Positions 1 through 10,583 are shown, numbered from the stretch's first letter. The stretch is 32,000 nucleotides of DNA from Paracoccus suum (GCF_003324675.1 NZ_CP030918.1:3030001-3062000); one strand, 5' to 3'. Notes: a model not told the origin generated them from the sequence alone. Made by a program: numbers and translations.

Positions 1-143
1 ACCTCGAGATCGCAGCGCGCGCCCTGGAATAGTTTGAGGCGGGCCCATATCGGATGCGCATGGACTAGCGCGATCTTGGCATTGGCGAGCCTCAAGCCGC
101 CCCGTCTAGGCTGCGCCTGCCCATTGGTCCCAGCTGGAAGTGC

Positions 144-1232
144 ATGATGCAGCCGAAACGAATGATCGATCTGTTCAGCGATACCAAATCGCGTCCCAGC
201 GAAGCCATGCGGCGCTTCATGATGCGGGCCGAAGTCGGCGACGAGCAGAAGGACGAGGATCCGACCGTGCGCACGCTGTGCGAGCGCGTGGCCGACATGC
301 TGGGCAAGGAATCCGCCGTCTACCTGCCCTCCGGCACGATGTGCAACGAAATCTCGCTGGCCGTGCATTGTCGCCCCGGCGAGGAAGTGATCTGCGACCG
401 CAGTTCGCACATCATCCATTACGAGGCCGGCGGCCCGGCCGCGCTCTCGGGCGTGATGATCCGTACCGTCGACGGCCACAACGGCATTTTCAACGCCGAG
501 CAGCTCGGTGCCGCGATCCGCCCCGAGAGCCGCTATGCCCCCCGCAGCCGGCTGGTCTGCGTCGAACAGACCGCGAACCTCGCCGGCGGTCGCATTTGGC
601 CGCTGGAGACGATCCGTGAGGTCATGACGGTGGCTCGGCAGGCGGGCCTTTCGGGTCACCTCGATGGCGCACGTCTTCTGAACGCCGTAGCGGCCACCCG
701 CGTCGCCGCACGCTCCTATGCCGAGCCTTTCGATTCGGCATGGATCGACCTGACAAAGGGCCTCGGCGCGCCGGTTGGGGCCGTTCTGGCCGGCTCGCGC
801 GATTTCATCCGCGAGGCCTGGCGCCTCAAGCAGATGTGGGGCGGCGCGATGCGCCAGGCCGGCATCATCGCCGCGGCCGGGGTCTATGCGCTGGACCACA
901 ACGTCAACCGTCTGGTCGACGATCACGACAACGCCCAGCGCCTCGCTCGCGGCCTTGCGCAGATGGACGGCATCGGCCTCGACCCGGCGGACGTGGAAAC
1001 CAACATGGTGTTCTTTGACGTCGCGGGCACCGGCCTTACCGCTGCCGAGATCGTCGCGGTCGCGCGCGAAAGGGGCGTGCTGATAGGCGCCTTCGGCCCC
1101 AGCACCATCCGCGCCGTGACGCATATCGATGTGAGCGAAGCCGATGTCGATGTTGCGCTGCAAGTCCTTGGCGGCATCGTCGAGGATGCGGGGCGGATCG
1201 GGACCAAGAAGCTCGCCGCGGCGCACAGCTGA
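144..1232 (+). CDS. ltaE: Low-specificity L-threonine aldolase (PLP-dependent)
   Basis: 362-aa ORF with threonine-aldolase hallmarks: GTMCNEISL, HLDGARLLNA, and the PLP-lysine context DLTKGLGAPVGAVLAG. Family assigned from motifs only. Confidence 0.85.
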   Translation: MMQPKRMIDLFSDTKSRPSEAMRRFMMRAEVGDEQKDEDPTVRTLCERVADMLGKESAVYLPSGTMCNEISLAVHCRPGEEVICDRSSHIIHYEAGGPAALSGVMIRTVDGHNGIFNAEQLGAAIRPESRYAPRSRLVCVEQTANLAGGRIWPLETIREVMTVARQAGLSGHLDGARLLNAVAATRVAARSYAEPFDSAWIDLTKGLGAPVGAVLAGSRDFIREAWRLKQMWGGAMRQAGIIAAAGVYALDHNVNRLVDDHDNAQRLARGLAQMDGIGLDPADVETNMVFFDVAGTGLTAAEIVAVARERGVLIGAFGPSTIRAVTHIDVSEADVDVALQVLGGIVEDAGRIGTKKLAAAHS

Positions 1233-1258
1233 CGGCAAGGGCGCGCGGCTCGCCCGCG

Positions 1259-1951
1259 CTACTCCGATGCAGCCCTGTACCCGATCCCGGGCTCGTTGAA
1301 GATCAGCCTCGGATCGGCGGCGCTGTCGCCGAGTTTCTCGCGCAGGCGGGCGATGACGATACGAAGGTAATGGGCGTCGTCGACATGCGCGGGACCCCAG
1401 ATCGTTTGCAGCAAATCGCGGTGGGTCAGCAGCCGGCCCGGATTGCGCAGCAGCAGGGCGAGCACATCGAACTCCTTGCGCGTCAGGGCAATGGCGACAT
1501 CGTCCCGCTGGACTTGGCGCGTGGCCAGATCGAGCGTAAGCGGGCCCAGGCGGATAAGCGAGGGCTCGGCGGTTCCGGGCGCGTGTCGCCGCAGCAGCAC
1601 CCGCAGGCGAGCGAGCATCTCGCCCGTCGCAAAGGGCTTGGTCAGGTAATCGTCGGCGCCCGCATCTAGCGCGGCAATCGTCTCGCGCTCGTCATTGCGA
1701 ACCGACAGGATCAGGATCGGGGTCTGCGTCCACTGTCGGACATCGGCAATGACCTGCTTTCCGTCGATATCCGGCAGACCCAAGTCCAGAAGGATCGCGT
1801 CGGGCGCGCCGGTTGCGGCCATCTCGACCCCCAGGCGGCCGCGTGCCGCCTCGTCCACGGTGTATTTTGCCCCTTCGAGGACGATGCGCAAAAAGCGCCG
1901 GATCGGCGCCTCGTCCTCGATGATCAGGATCCGCGGGGCGGGTTCAGCCAT
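1259..1951 (-). CDS. kdpE: KdpE, OmpR-family response regulator of the kdp operon
   Basis: Receiver domain (RILIIEDE, LLDLGLPDIDG, KPF) plus winged-helix output (LTRKEFDVLALLL, GYR). Preferred start is ATG 1951 (MAEPAPR), which overlaps the kdpD stop as ATGGCTGA. The ORF-track start at 1975 remains possible. Confidence 0.9.
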   Translation of the reverse strand: MAEPAPRILIIEDEAPIRRFLRIVLEGAKYTVDEAARGRLGVEMAATGAPDAILLDLGLPDIDGKQVIADVRQWTQTPILILSVRNDERETIAALDAGADDYLTKPFATGEMLARLRVLLRRHAPGTAEPSLIRLGPLTLDLATRQVQRDDVAIALTRKEFDVLALLLRNPGRLLTHRDLLQTIWGPAHVDDAHYLRIVIARLREKLGDSAADPRLIFNEPGIGYRAASE

Positions 1952-4634
1952 CGTCCTCCCCTTCAGCGGCGGCAAAGGTCATGCGGATCGCAGCACCCGG
2001 GCCGAACTGCGGGTCCACCACAGCAATCGTTCCATCATTCGCCTCGACCATGCCTTTGGCAATGGCGAGGCCAAGGCCAGTGCCCGCCGGCGCGCCATCG
2101 CCGGTCACGGCGCGATGGAACATCTCGAAGACGCGACGCCGCTCGGCCGGCGGAATGCCGGGGCCCTCGTCCTCGACGGTCAGGTGGACCACCGCCTCGT
2201 CTGCCTGGCCATAAATGTAGATCGCAGTCCCATCGGGCGCGTATTTGGTCGCGTTCTCGACGAGGTTGGTCAGCGCCTGGCCGATAAGCACCGGATCAAT
2301 CAACACGGGCGGCAGGTCCGCAGGCAGGTCCAGCCGCAGGTCGAAATTCTGCAGCGGGCGGGCGAGGTCAGCGCGAACCCGGCCGACGATATCCGTCAGC
2401 CGGCTGATCTCGCGCCGCGCCAGCAGCTTGCCGTGGCCGAGGCGCGTCATGTTCAGAAGGTTGCCGACAAACCGGTCCAGCCGCCGCGCCTCGTCCAGCG
2501 CGGTCGTGGTCAGGTCCGCATTCTGCGCGGGTTGCAGAGTCCCGTCGGCCATGGCCGTCAGCGCGCCGATGACGGTAACGAGTGGCGTGCGCAGGTCGTG
2601 GCTGACGCTGTTCAGAAGCGCAGCGCGCAGCTTTTCGGTTTCGGTCGCAAGGCGCGCTCGCTCCAGGTCCCCCTCGACCATGATGCGGCTTACCGCGACG
2701 GCGACCTGATCCTCGACCGCCTCCAGCACGCGGCGCGTTTCTGGGTCGAGGCGGCGCTGGGGGTCGGCGAATTTCGCGCCGATCACACCGATCGGGCGGG
2801 ACTGCATGGCCAGCGGCAGGAACAGCCAGGGCGAGGATGGCAGCGTCCCGGTGCCGGACCCCGCGGGTTCGTTGCGCTGGAAGGCCCAGAGGGCAGCGGC
2901 AAAGGCCTGCGGCTCCAACGCGCCGGACAGGTCGGGGTAGCTGCGTACCCGCTGCAGGATACCGCCGTTGTCGGGCATCAGGATCAGCGACTGGCAATCA
3001 ACGGATTGGGCGATGTGCTCGGCCGCCGCCGCCAGCACCTGGTCGGTCGTGCTGGCCGAGGCGATGCGGCGCGCGAAATCATAAAGCGTTCCGGTTCGCG
3101 CCTGGCTGACGCGCATGAACTCGACCTGGCGCTTCAGCCGGCCGGCGAGCGAGCCGGTGAACAGGGCGGAAATCGTGAACACCATCAGCGCCACGACCGA
3201 TTCATATTGCGAGACGCGCAGCGAATAGAACGGGATGGTGAAGAAATAGTTGTAGGCCATGAAGCTGATGCCGCTGGCGATGATCGCGCCCAGCGTGCCG
3301 CGCCGCACGCCGACAAACAGCACGCCCACCAGATACACCACGGCCAGCGATGCTACGGGCACGAGCGCATAGAACGGCCAGGCGATGAGGGTCGAGACAG
3401 CCGCGGCGCCCAGCCCCTCGGCCAGCAGCCGCGGCCAACCCTGCAGCTTGGGTCCCGGCGCGGCTGCCTCGCCTTTTCCTTCGGGCGCGGGCGACAGAAC
3501 GGTCAGCTCGAACTGTTCCGCGCGGTCGATCAGCACCTCGGAGACCGAGGGCCTGATCCACGACAACATGCCCCCCAGAAAGCTGCGGCGGCGATGGCGG
3601 GCGACGATCAGGCGGGTGACCCCCAGCCGTTCCGCGGCCGCCAGAAACTCGGCCGCCGGATCGCTCTCGGCCCGCAGTGTCAGGGTGTCGGCGCCAAGGC
3701 GCTCGGCCAGTTCCAGCGCCCCGACCATGTTGCCGTTTCCGCCGGGCCCCTCGCGCTCGACGCCGGGGGTGATGACCGTGGCGACGATCCACGGGATGCG
3801 CGCCCGGTCGGTCATGCGTCGGCCCATGCGCACCAGCGTCCGGGCGGTGGCGGGATCATCGAGGCACACCATCAGCCTGCCCTGCGCACTGGCCCGCCGC
3901 CCGCTGCTGCGCGCCATATCCAGCATCTCGGCATCGATCCGGCTCGCGGCGGTGCGCAGCGCCAGTTCGCGCAGCGCGGTCAGGTTGGGCTTGGTAAAGA
4001 AATTCATCAACGCCCGGCCCGCCTGGGCGGGCATGTAGACCTTACCCTCGCGCATGCGCTGGATCAGGTCCTCGGCCGACAGGTCGATCACCTTGATGTC
4101 GTCGGCATCCTGCAACACCGCGTCGGGCACGGTCTCCTGCACGCGGATGCCGGTGATGCCGGCGACGACGTCGTTCAGGCTTTCTATGTGCTGGATGTTC
4201 AGCGTTGAATAGACGTCGATCCCGGCCTCCAGGACCTCCTCGACATCCTGCCAGCGCTTGGGGTGGCGCGCGCTCGGAATATTGGAATGCGCCAGCTCGT
4301 CGATCAGCACGACCTGCGGGCGTCGGGCGAGGATGGCGTCCAGGTCCATCTCGCTCAGCTGCTTGCCGCGGTAGGGGATGATGCGGCGCGGCACCTGTTC
4401 GAGGTGGGCGAGGATCGCCGCGGTCTCGGCCCGGCCATGGGTTTCGGCGATGCCGACCAGGACATCGGTGCCGGCGGCGGCGCGGGCACGCGCCTCCTCC
4501 AGCATGGCAAAGGTCTTGCCCACGCCGGGCGCCGCCCCGAGGAAGATCTTCAGCTTGCCCCGCGCGGGGATGCATTCTGCCCGGGCCTCGGCCAGAAAGC
4601 TCTCGGGATCGGGGCGGTCTTCCTCCGGGATCAT
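1944..4634 (-). CDS. kdpD: KdpD sensor histidine kinase
   Basis: 896 aa. N-terminal KdpD domain with P-loop GAAPGVGKT, a Usp-like segment, a four-helix membrane core, H-box SHDLRTPL and ATPase G-box GTGLGLAI. Lies between kdpC and kdpE. Confidence 0.93.
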   Translation of the reverse strand: MIPEEDRPDPESFLAEARAECIPARGKLKIFLGAAPGVGKTFAMLEEARARAAAGTDVLVGIAETHGRAETAAILAHLEQVPRRIIPYRGKQLSEMDLDAILARRPQVVLIDELAHSNIPSARHPKRWQDVEEVLEAGIDVYSTLNIQHIESLNDVVAGITGIRVQETVPDAVLQDADDIKVIDLSAEDLIQRMREGKVYMPAQAGRALMNFFTKPNLTALRELALRTAASRIDAEMLDMARSSGRRASAQGRLMVCLDDPATARTLVRMGRRMTDRARIPWIVATVITPGVEREGPGGNGNMVGALELAERLGADTLTLRAESDPAAEFLAAAERLGVTRLIVARHRRRSFLGGMLSWIRPSVSEVLIDRAEQFELTVLSPAPEGKGEAAAPGPKLQGWPRLLAEGLGAAAVSTLIAWPFYALVPVASLAVVYLVGVLFVGVRRGTLGAIIASGISFMAYNYFFTIPFYSLRVSQYESVVALMVFTISALFTGSLAGRLKRQVEFMRVSQARTGTLYDFARRIASASTTDQVLAAAAEHIAQSVDCQSLILMPDNGGILQRVRSYPDLSGALEPQAFAAALWAFQRNEPAGSGTGTLPSSPWLFLPLAMQSRPIGVIGAKFADPQRRLDPETRRVLEAVEDQVAVAVSRIMVEGDLERARLATETEKLRAALLNSVSHDLRTPLVTVIGALTAMADGTLQPAQNADLTTTALDEARRLDRFVGNLLNMTRLGHGKLLARREISRLTDIVGRVRADLARPLQNFDLRLDLPADLPPVLIDPVLIGQALTNLVENATKYAPDGTAIYIYGQADEAVVHLTVEDEGPGIPPAERRRVFEMFHRAVTGDGAPAGTGLGLAIAKGMVEANDGTIAVVDPQFGPGAAIRMTFAAAEGEDDG

Positions 4635-4637
4635 GGC

Positions 4638-5201
4638 TCAGCCGTTCAGCGCGTCGAGGGCAAGGTTGGCCTTCAGCACATTGACGATGCTGTGCCCGAC
4701 AAAACCGAACGCGGGCCCCGAGGTGGCCGATCCGATGGCGTTGGTGACAACCTCGGGGGTCAGGCCGCGCGCTTCGGCGATGCGCGGCACCTGCCGGATC
4801 GCGGCCTCTGCCGTGATATGCGGATCGAGACCCGAGGCCGAAGCAGTCGCCATTTCTGACGGCACCGGGGCGCTGCCAAAGGCGGCCGCCCGCTCGCGGA
4901 CGGAGGCGAGCAGCGACGCGCTGCTGGGCCCCAGGTTCGAGGCGCCGGAGGACGCGGCGTTATACGCCGGATCGGTGACCGAGGGGCGCGCGTGCAGGTA
5001 ACCCGGGGCGGTGAAGTTCTGCCCGATCAGGGACGATCCGACGATGACATCCCCTTGGCGCAGCAGGCTGCCATTGGCCTGGCCCGCAAAGATCACCTGG
5101 GCGATGCCGGTCATCAGCAGCGGATAGGCCACCCCCAGCAGAAGGGCAAAGCCGCACAGCAAGGTCAGCGCCGGCCGGAGTTGAGAGAGAAGCATGTTCA
5201 T
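4638..5201 (-). CDS. kdpC: K+-transporting ATPase subunit KdpC
   Basis: 187 aa with one N-terminal TM helix and conserved KdpC strings (SGASNLGP, ASGLDPHI). Position between kdpB and kdpD. Confidence 0.9.
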   Translation of the reverse strand: MNMLLSQLRPALTLLCGFALLLGVAYPLLMTGIAQVIFAGQANGSLLRQGDVIVGSSLIGQNFTAPGYLHARPSVTDPAYNAASSGASNLGPSSASLLASVRERAAAFGSAPVPSEMATASASGLDPHITAEAAIRQVPRIAEARGLTPEVVTNAIGSATSGPAFGFVGHSIVNVLKANLALDALNG

Positions 5202-5210
5202 GACAGAGCC

Positions 5211-7250
5211 TTATGCCAGATGTGCCAGATCGATAAGCATGTCGATCAGCTTGATGCCGATGAACGGGGCAGCAAGACCGCCGAGCCCGTAGATCAGCAG
5301 GTTGCGGGACAGCAGCGCGCCTGCCGACGCGGGCTTGTAGCGCACCCCGCGCAGCGCCAGCGGGATCAGCGCGACGATGACCAGCGCGTTGAAGATGGTT
5401 GCCGCGAGGATGGCCGATTGCGGCGTGCCAAGGCCCATCACGTCCAGCGCGCCGAGGCCGGGATAGGCGGCGACGAACAGCGCCGGAAGGATGGCGAAGT
5501 ACTTGGCGACGTCGTTGGCGATCGAGAACGTGGTCAGCGCCCCGCGCGAGATCAGCAGTTGCTTTCCCACCAGCACGATCTCGATCAGCTTGGTCGGATC
5601 GCTGTCGAGGTCGACCAGGTTGCCAGCCTCCTTGGCCGCGGCTGTACCCGAGTTCATGGCAACGCCCACATCGGCCTGCGCCAGCGCCGGGGCGTCGTTC
5701 GAGCCGTCGCCGCACATGGCGACCAGCGCGCCCCGCGCCTGCTCGGACCGGATCAGCTCCAGCTTGCCCTCGGGGGTTGCCTCGGCAAGGAAATCGTCGA
5801 CGCCTGCTTCGGCCGCGATGGCGGCGGCGGTCAGGGGGTTGTCGCCGGTAATCATGACCGTGCGGATACCCATGGCACGCAACTCGGCGAAACGCTCGCG
5901 AATGCCGGGTTTCACGACGTCCTTCAGGTGCACGACGCCTAGGACGCGCCCGCCTTCGGCCACGACCAGCGGCGTGCCGCCCGAGGTGCCGATCCGCCGT
6001 ACGATGTCATCCACATTCTCGCCACCGCCGTCCGGGAAGGTGCGGACCATGGCATCGGCAGCACCTTTGCGGATGCTTCGTCCGTCCGCCAGATCGACCC
6101 CCGACATGCGGGTTTGCGCGGCAAAGGGCACGAAGGTCGCCCCGGCCCGTTGCGCGCCTTCGTCAAAGCCGAACTGGCGCACGGCAAGATCGACGATGGA
6201 TTTCCCCTCGGGCGTGTCGTCCGCCAGCGAGGACAGCCAGGCCGCTTCGGCCATCTGCCGCTCGGACACGCCCGGCGCCGGGATCAGCGCATCGGCCATG
6301 CGGTTGCCAAAGGTGATGGTGCCGGTCTTGTCCAGCAGCAGCACGTCGATGTCGCCCGCGGCCTCGACCGCGCGGCCCGACTTGGCGATCACGTTGCTTT
6401 TCACCAGCCGGTCCATGCCGGCGATGCCGATCGCCGACAAAAGGCCGCCGATGGTGGTGGGGATCAGCGTGACGAACAGCGCGGCGAGGTAGATCACCGG
6501 GATTTCCGTGCCCGACCAGCCCGCAAACACTGGCAGGGTCGCGACCACCAGCAGGAACACCAGAGAGAGCCCCGCCAGCAGGATATCGAGGGCGATCTCG
6601 TTCGGCGTCTTGGCGCGGCTCGCGCCTTCAACGAGGCCGATCATCCTGTCCAGAAATGTCTCGCCGGGGCGGGACGTGATCCGCACGACGAGCCAGTCCG
6701 AGACGAGCCGAGTGCCGCCGGTCAGGGACGAGCGATCGCCGCCGGATTCGCGGATCACGGGGGCGGACTCGCCGGTAATCGCGCTCTCGTCGACCGAGGC
6801 GACGCCCTCGATCACCTCGCCGTCGGTGGGCACCGTGTCGCCCGCCTCGACCAGAATCACCTGCCCGACGTCAAGCCGGTTCACGTCGGTCAGAACCGCG
6901 TCGCCGCGTCGAGTGGGGTCCGCCAGCAGCTTGGCCTGGGCCGTACTGCGCGTGGCGCGGAAGGCATCGGCCCGCGCCTTGCCGCGCCCCTCGGCCACCG
7001 CCTCGGCAAAGTTGGCGAAAAGGACCGTCGCCCACAGCCAGATCGTGATCTGCAGCGATACGCCGGTGCCCGCGTCGCCCCGGTGCGTGACGACCAGAAT
7101 GGTGGTCACCATTGCCACCAGCGCCGTCGCAAAGATCACCGGATTGCGCACCAGGCTGCGCGGCGAGAGCTTGCGCAGCGCGGTCCCCACGGCTGGCCGC
7201 AGGATCTGCGGCGCGAAAAGCCCGATCTCGGGGCTCGGATGTCTGCTCAT
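5211..7250 (-). CDS. kdpB: K+-transporting P-type ATPase subunit KdpB
   Basis: 679 aa with P-type ATPase motifs DKTGTIT, TGDN and GDGSNDAP, plus a KdpB-type N-terminus. Confidence 0.95.
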   Translation of the reverse strand: MSRHPSPEIGLFAPQILRPAVGTALRKLSPRSLVRNPVIFATALVAMVTTILVVTHRGDAGTGVSLQITIWLWATVLFANFAEAVAEGRGKARADAFRATRSTAQAKLLADPTRRGDAVLTDVNRLDVGQVILVEAGDTVPTDGEVIEGVASVDESAITGESAPVIRESGGDRSSLTGGTRLVSDWLVVRITSRPGETFLDRMIGLVEGASRAKTPNEIALDILLAGLSLVFLLVVATLPVFAGWSGTEIPVIYLAALFVTLIPTTIGGLLSAIGIAGMDRLVKSNVIAKSGRAVEAAGDIDVLLLDKTGTITFGNRMADALIPAPGVSERQMAEAAWLSSLADDTPEGKSIVDLAVRQFGFDEGAQRAGATFVPFAAQTRMSGVDLADGRSIRKGAADAMVRTFPDGGGENVDDIVRRIGTSGGTPLVVAEGGRVLGVVHLKDVVKPGIRERFAELRAMGIRTVMITGDNPLTAAAIAAEAGVDDFLAEATPEGKLELIRSEQARGALVAMCGDGSNDAPALAQADVGVAMNSGTAAAKEAGNLVDLDSDPTKLIEIVLVGKQLLISRGALTTFSIANDVAKYFAILPALFVAAYPGLGALDVMGLGTPQSAILAATIFNALVIVALIPLALRGVRYKPASAGALLSRNLLIYGLGGLAAPFIGIKLIDMLIDLAHLA

Positions 7251-7259
7251 GTCATGTCC

Positions 7260-8945
7260 TCAGAATGTCTGGCCGCTGATCATCGAGACGTGCTCGGCGA
7301 TCGGACCAAGGGCCAGAACGGGAAGGAAGGTCAGCGCGCCGACGATCAGGATCGTGGCGATCAACAGCACCGTGAAGGCGACGCCATGCGTCGGGAACGT
7401 CCCCGCCGTCTGCGGCGCGCGCGTCTTGGCAGCAAGGCCACCGGCGATCGCCAGGACAGGGATGATGTAGCCCCAGCGGCCGAGCATCATCGCCATGCCG
7501 ATCATGGTGTTGTGCCATGGCGTGTTTGCGCCAAAGCCCGCAAAGGCCGAGCCGTTGTTGGCAGTGCCCGAGGTGTAGGCGTAGATCAGCTCCGACAAGC
7601 CGTGCGGGCCCGCGTCCTGCACCGCCGTCTGTGCGTTCCCGGTCAGGATGGAAGCCGCGGCCAGCACCAGAACCCCGGTCGGCATGACCAGCAGCGTCAC
7701 CGCCGCCAGCTTCATCTCGCGCGCCTCGATCTTCTTTCCCAGCCACTCGGGCGTACGCCCGACCATCAGGCCGGCCAGGAACACGGTCAGCACGACATAA
7801 AGGACCATGCCGTAAAAGCCTGCGCCGACGCCGCCAAAGATGATCTCGCCCAGCAGCATGTTGAACAGCGGGATCATGCCGCCCAGCGCCATCAGGCTGT
7901 CGTGCATGGCGTTCACGGCACCGCAACTGGCAACGGTCGTGGCGATGGTGAAGAGGACCGTCTGCGCCAGACCAAAGCGCGTCTCCTTGCCCTCCATGCT
8001 GACGCCGGGCTCGGTCAGGCCAGCATAGAGCGGGTTGCCCGCGCTTTCGGCGAAATAGAGGGCCAGCAGGACGCCGACGAACAGCACCGCCATGGCCGAA
8101 TAGATCGCGATGCCCTGCCGGCGGTCACCCACCATGCGGCCATAAAATAACGGAAATGCCGCCGGGATCATCAGGATGGCATAGATCTGCACCAGGTTGG
8201 TCAACCCGGTCGCATTCTCGTACGGGTGCGAGGCGTTGACGTTGAAGAAACCGCCGCCGTTGGTGCCGAGCATCTTGATTGCCGCCTGGCTGGCAACGGG
8301 ACCCTGGGCGATGACCTGGCTCCCGCCCTCCAGCGTCGTCGCATCGACCGAGGCGAGCAGGTTCTGCGGCATGCCCTGCCAGACCAGCACCAGCGTGATC
8401 ACCGCAGCAATAGGCAGCAGCAGGTACAAGACGGTCCGGGTCAGATCGACCCAGAAGTTGCCGATGTTGTCAGCGGACCGGGCGCCCACGGCCCGCACGA
8501 CGGCTACCGCAACGGCAATGCCGGTCGCGGCGGACAGGAAGTTCTGCACCGTCAGCCCGAACATCTGCGAGAAATGCGAGACAGTCGTCTCGCCGCCATA
8601 GCTTTGCCAGTTGGTGTTGGTGATAAAGCTGACCGCCGTGTTGAACGCCTGGTCAGGCGTCATGGGCCCGAACCCTTGCGGATTGACCGGCAGCCACTGC
8701 TGGGTGCGCAGGACGGTGTACAACAACAGGAATCCCGCCGCGTTGAACAGCAGGACGGAGGCCGCATAAGCCGTCCACCGCTGTCCCGCGCCGCTGATGC
8801 CGGCCACGCGATAGATGGCGTCCTCAACCCGGCGCAAGGGCGCGATGCGGCCCTGGTAGATCGATGCCATGTAGGGGCCAAGAACGAGGCCGGCCCCTGT
8901 CAGCCCCATCAGGAACAGGGCGAAAAAGGTAAGATCGCTGAACAT
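7260..8945 (-). CDS. kdpA: K+-transporting ATPase subunit KdpA (channel-like subunit)
   Basis: 561-aa polytopic protein with KdpA selectivity-filter-like strings ([28 protein letters not shown]). Immediately upstream of kdpB. Confidence 0.95.
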   Translation of the reverse strand: MFSDLTFFALFLMGLTGAGLVLGPYMASIYQGRIAPLRRVEDAIYRVAGISGAGQRWTAYAASVLLFNAAGFLLLYTVLRTQQWLPVNPQGFGPMTPDQAFNTAVSFITNTNWQSYGGETTVSHFSQMFGLTVQNFLSAATGIAVAVAVVRAVGARSADNIGNFWVDLTRTVLYLLLPIAAVITLVLVWQGMPQNLLASVDATTLEGGSQVIAQGPVASQAAIKMLGTNGGGFFNVNASHPYENATGLTNLVQIYAILMIPAAFPLFYGRMVGDRRQGIAIYSAMAVLFVGVLLALYFAESAGNPLYAGLTEPGVSMEGKETRFGLAQTVLFTIATTVASCGAVNAMHDSLMALGGMIPLFNMLLGEIIFGGVGAGFYGMVLYVVLTVFLAGLMVGRTPEWLGKKIEAREMKLAAVTLLVMPTGVLVLAAASILTGNAQTAVQDAGPHGLSELIYAYTSGTANNGSAFAGFGANTPWHNTMIGMAMMLGRWGYIIPVLAIAGGLAAKTRAPQTAGTFPTHGVAFTVLLIATILIVGALTFLPVLALGPIAEHVSMISGQTF

Positions 8946-8948
8946 TGC

Positions 8949-9038
8949 CTAGAACCGCTCTGGCGCGAACAGCGCCATCAAAAGGTAGACGAGCAGGACG
9001 AGGGCCAGGCCGCCGCCCAGGATGAGGTCAAACGACAT
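8949..9038 (-). CDS. kdpF: KdpF small hydrophobic subunit (29 aa)
   Basis: Hand translation gives MSFDLILGGGLALVLLVYLLMALFAPERF, followed by a stop. It ends 3 nt before the kdpA ATG. Length, hydrophobicity and the C-terminal YL..AL..PE.F pattern resemble KdpF. Below the ORF-track size cutoff. Confidence 0.7.
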   Translation of the reverse strand: MSFDLILGGGLALVLLVYLLMALFAPERF

Positions 9039-9049
9039 GATGCGCCGCC

Positions 9050-9136
9050 TTACAGCCGGTTCGCGGCACTGGCCGCCAGCCCGGCAACCGCAAAGACCAG
9101 AAGGCCCGCGGCTGTGTAGAGAATGTCGATGGGCAT
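9050..9136 (-). CDS. Unannotated 28-codon hydrophobic ORF at the head of the kdp operon
   Basis: Hand translation gives MPIDILYTAAGLLVFAVAGLAASAANRL, followed by a stop. A GGAG lies 7 nt upstream of the ATG. One predicted TM helix. Stop is 11 nt before the kdpF ATG. No family recognised. Confidence 0.4.
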   Translation of the reverse strand: MPIDILYTAAGLLVFAVAGLAASAANRL

Positions 9137-9182
9137 AGGTAAGCTCCGCCTGTTCATGCTCGGGCAGAGGTGGTCGTTATGG

Positions 9183-9232
9183 GCGTAAAACGGCCACAAC
9201 GAAGACCTGGGGATGCGTAAAGGCAGCGTAAA
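9183..9232 (-). promoter_or_regulatory. Candidate KdpE operator: three TTTACGC repeats upstream of the kdp operon
   Basis: The plus strand shows GCGTAAA at 9183-9189, 9215-9221 and 9226-9232. The two distal copies are 11 bp apart, one helical turn, as expected for OmpR-family tandem half-sites. They lie 47-96 nt upstream of the first kdp-operon ATG (9136). Confidence 0.35.
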
Positions 9233-9462
9233 AAATGGGATGGGGCAACGGATAGGGTTGCGGCGTCCCGTGAATTTGGGGCCACTAGGTGGCTGGGGAC
9301 AGATTGCCGCGCCTGCGCATCATCCTTCCGCTTTCAGCAAAGCAGGGCTGGCCGCGGTTTCCCTACAGCACCGGTTCGGCCTGCGCGCCGCACGAGCAAA
9401 CGCACGGCCTTCAAAACTTCGTTCCGGGGGTGCCGTGACCGGCGCACCGCACTCCCCGAATA

Positions 9463-10335
9463 TTACGCTTCCGCGAATTCCAAAATGACGCCCGACGTCT
9501 CGGAAGGTGCAACCCAGAGACCTTCTACGCCGCCCGCCAGCCCCTCAGTCACTGGCACGCCGCCAGAGGCAAGCGCCGCTCGCGCCCCCGCAAGGTCGCG
9601 CACCAGAATGCGCAACGCGGCGAAGGCAGAAGGCGGGGTGCCGGCCAAGGCCTCTGGCGACCAGCGGGCGGCCGCGGCCTCAGGCCTCAGGCACAGAATC
9701 GAGGCAGAGTCCGAACCGGTGGAGACCAGATACCCATCTTCGGACGGCAGGACCTGTCCGGCGGCAAACAGCCGCGCGTAGCCAGCTGCGGCCTGCTCCG
9801 GATCATCTGATACCGCAAAGATCGTTCCAAGCGCGCGTGCGCCATTCGCGTGGGACTGCAACTCGGGCCGCCACACCATGTCGCGCGTCTTGTGCTGGCA
9901 CATGAACATGATTCCCGCCGGCACTTCCTCCTTTGCGAAATGTGCCGTCGCAAAAGCAGCTTCCCCGGTCGAGCCATCCGGCAGCGGCAGCGGGCGCGCG
10001 AACTCGGCAACGGGTGCGGTGGCGATGCCGAACTCTGCCAGCGCGTCCCGCGCCACCCGCGCATCGTCTATACGACAGGCAATGGCGCGCAGCCCGTCCC
10101 CATCGCGCGCGATCATCTCGCGCTGATGCTGGTTCATGGAGGTCTCGGCGACGATGCCCAGCAGCTCGAAATAATCGCGCTCGAAAATGATGGTATAGTT
10201 GGCAGTCCCCTTCGCCGGGCTGTGGGTGCCGCAGGGCGATATCGTAAAACCCATCCGACGCCATTTTGCAGCGCTGCCGTCCAGATCGGCGGTCAGCAGG
10301 AAAAGGTGGTCGACACCTTTGACGGGATGGGCCAT
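9463..10335 (-). CDS. VOC (glyoxalase/dioxygenase-like) family protein, two-domain
   Basis: Start moved to ATG 10335 (MAHPVKGVDHLFLL), which has AAGGAAAA 6-7 nt upstream. Glyoxalase-like-domain strings VDHLFLLTADLD and YFELLGIV are present. The 59 codons upstream in the ORF track lack an RBS or protein-like composition. Confidence 0.7.
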   Translation of the reverse strand: MAHPVKGVDHLFLLTADLDGSAAKWRRMGFTISPCGTHSPAKGTANYTIIFERDYFELLGIVAETSMNQHQREMIARDGDGLRAIACRIDDARVARDALAEFGIATAPVAEFARPLPLPDGSTGEAAFATAHFAKEEVPAGIMFMCQHKTRDMVWRPELQSHANGARALGTIFAVSDDPEQAAAGYARLFAAGQVLPSEDGYLVSTGSDSASILCLRPEAAAARWSPEALAGTPPSAFAALRILVRDLAGARAALASGGVPVTEGLAGGVEGLWVAPSETSGVILEFAEA

Positions 10336-10434
10336 CGGGTTTTCCTTTCGCTTGCGGTTGCGCAGGTGCAAGCGCACCGAGGCAGATCGAGTATTCGGCC
10401 AGGAATCGCAACCTGCAAGGACGACACGACCGAA

Positions 10435-10557
10435 ATGATGCCCAACCTGCCCACCAGCGAAGTGAATCTGAAGGAAGCCCTTCCCTCCAGCAACGAGTTC
10501 TGGGCAGATCACGACAGCGAATTGACCGAACGTTTCAATTCGTGGCTGGCGGGATGA
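10435..10557 (+). CDS. Possible 40-aa ORF (MMPNLPTSEVNLKEALPSSNEFWADHDSELTERFNSWLAG)
   Basis: Lower-GC, protein-like tail of an otherwise antisense ORF. A clean intrinsic terminator follows 27 nt downstream. No convincing RBS and no family recognised. Confidence 0.25.
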   Translation: MMPNLPTSEVNLKEALPSSNEFWADHDSELTERFNSWLAG

Positions 10558-10583
10558 ATGGAACTGAGGATGGCAATTGAAAT

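Noticed and set aside
1695-4208. Very long plus-strand ORF (837 aa) and similar ones at 4992-5942, 6114-8150, 8226-9119, 12590-13522 and 29141-30277.
   Set aside because: All are antisense to strongly recognisable genes (kdpD, kdpB, kdpA, acr3 and others). Their Arg/Gly/Pro/Ala/His-rich translations are typical of spurious open frames in high-GC DNA. None has a family-like motif.
9137-9462. Possible riboswitch (for example a c-di-AMP type, as upstream of kdp in some Gram-positives) in the 325-nt kdp upstream region.
   Set aside because: I could not recognise any conserved riboswitch core or extended pairing. The region is better explained as promoter plus KdpE sites and the 3' end of the convergent VOC gene.
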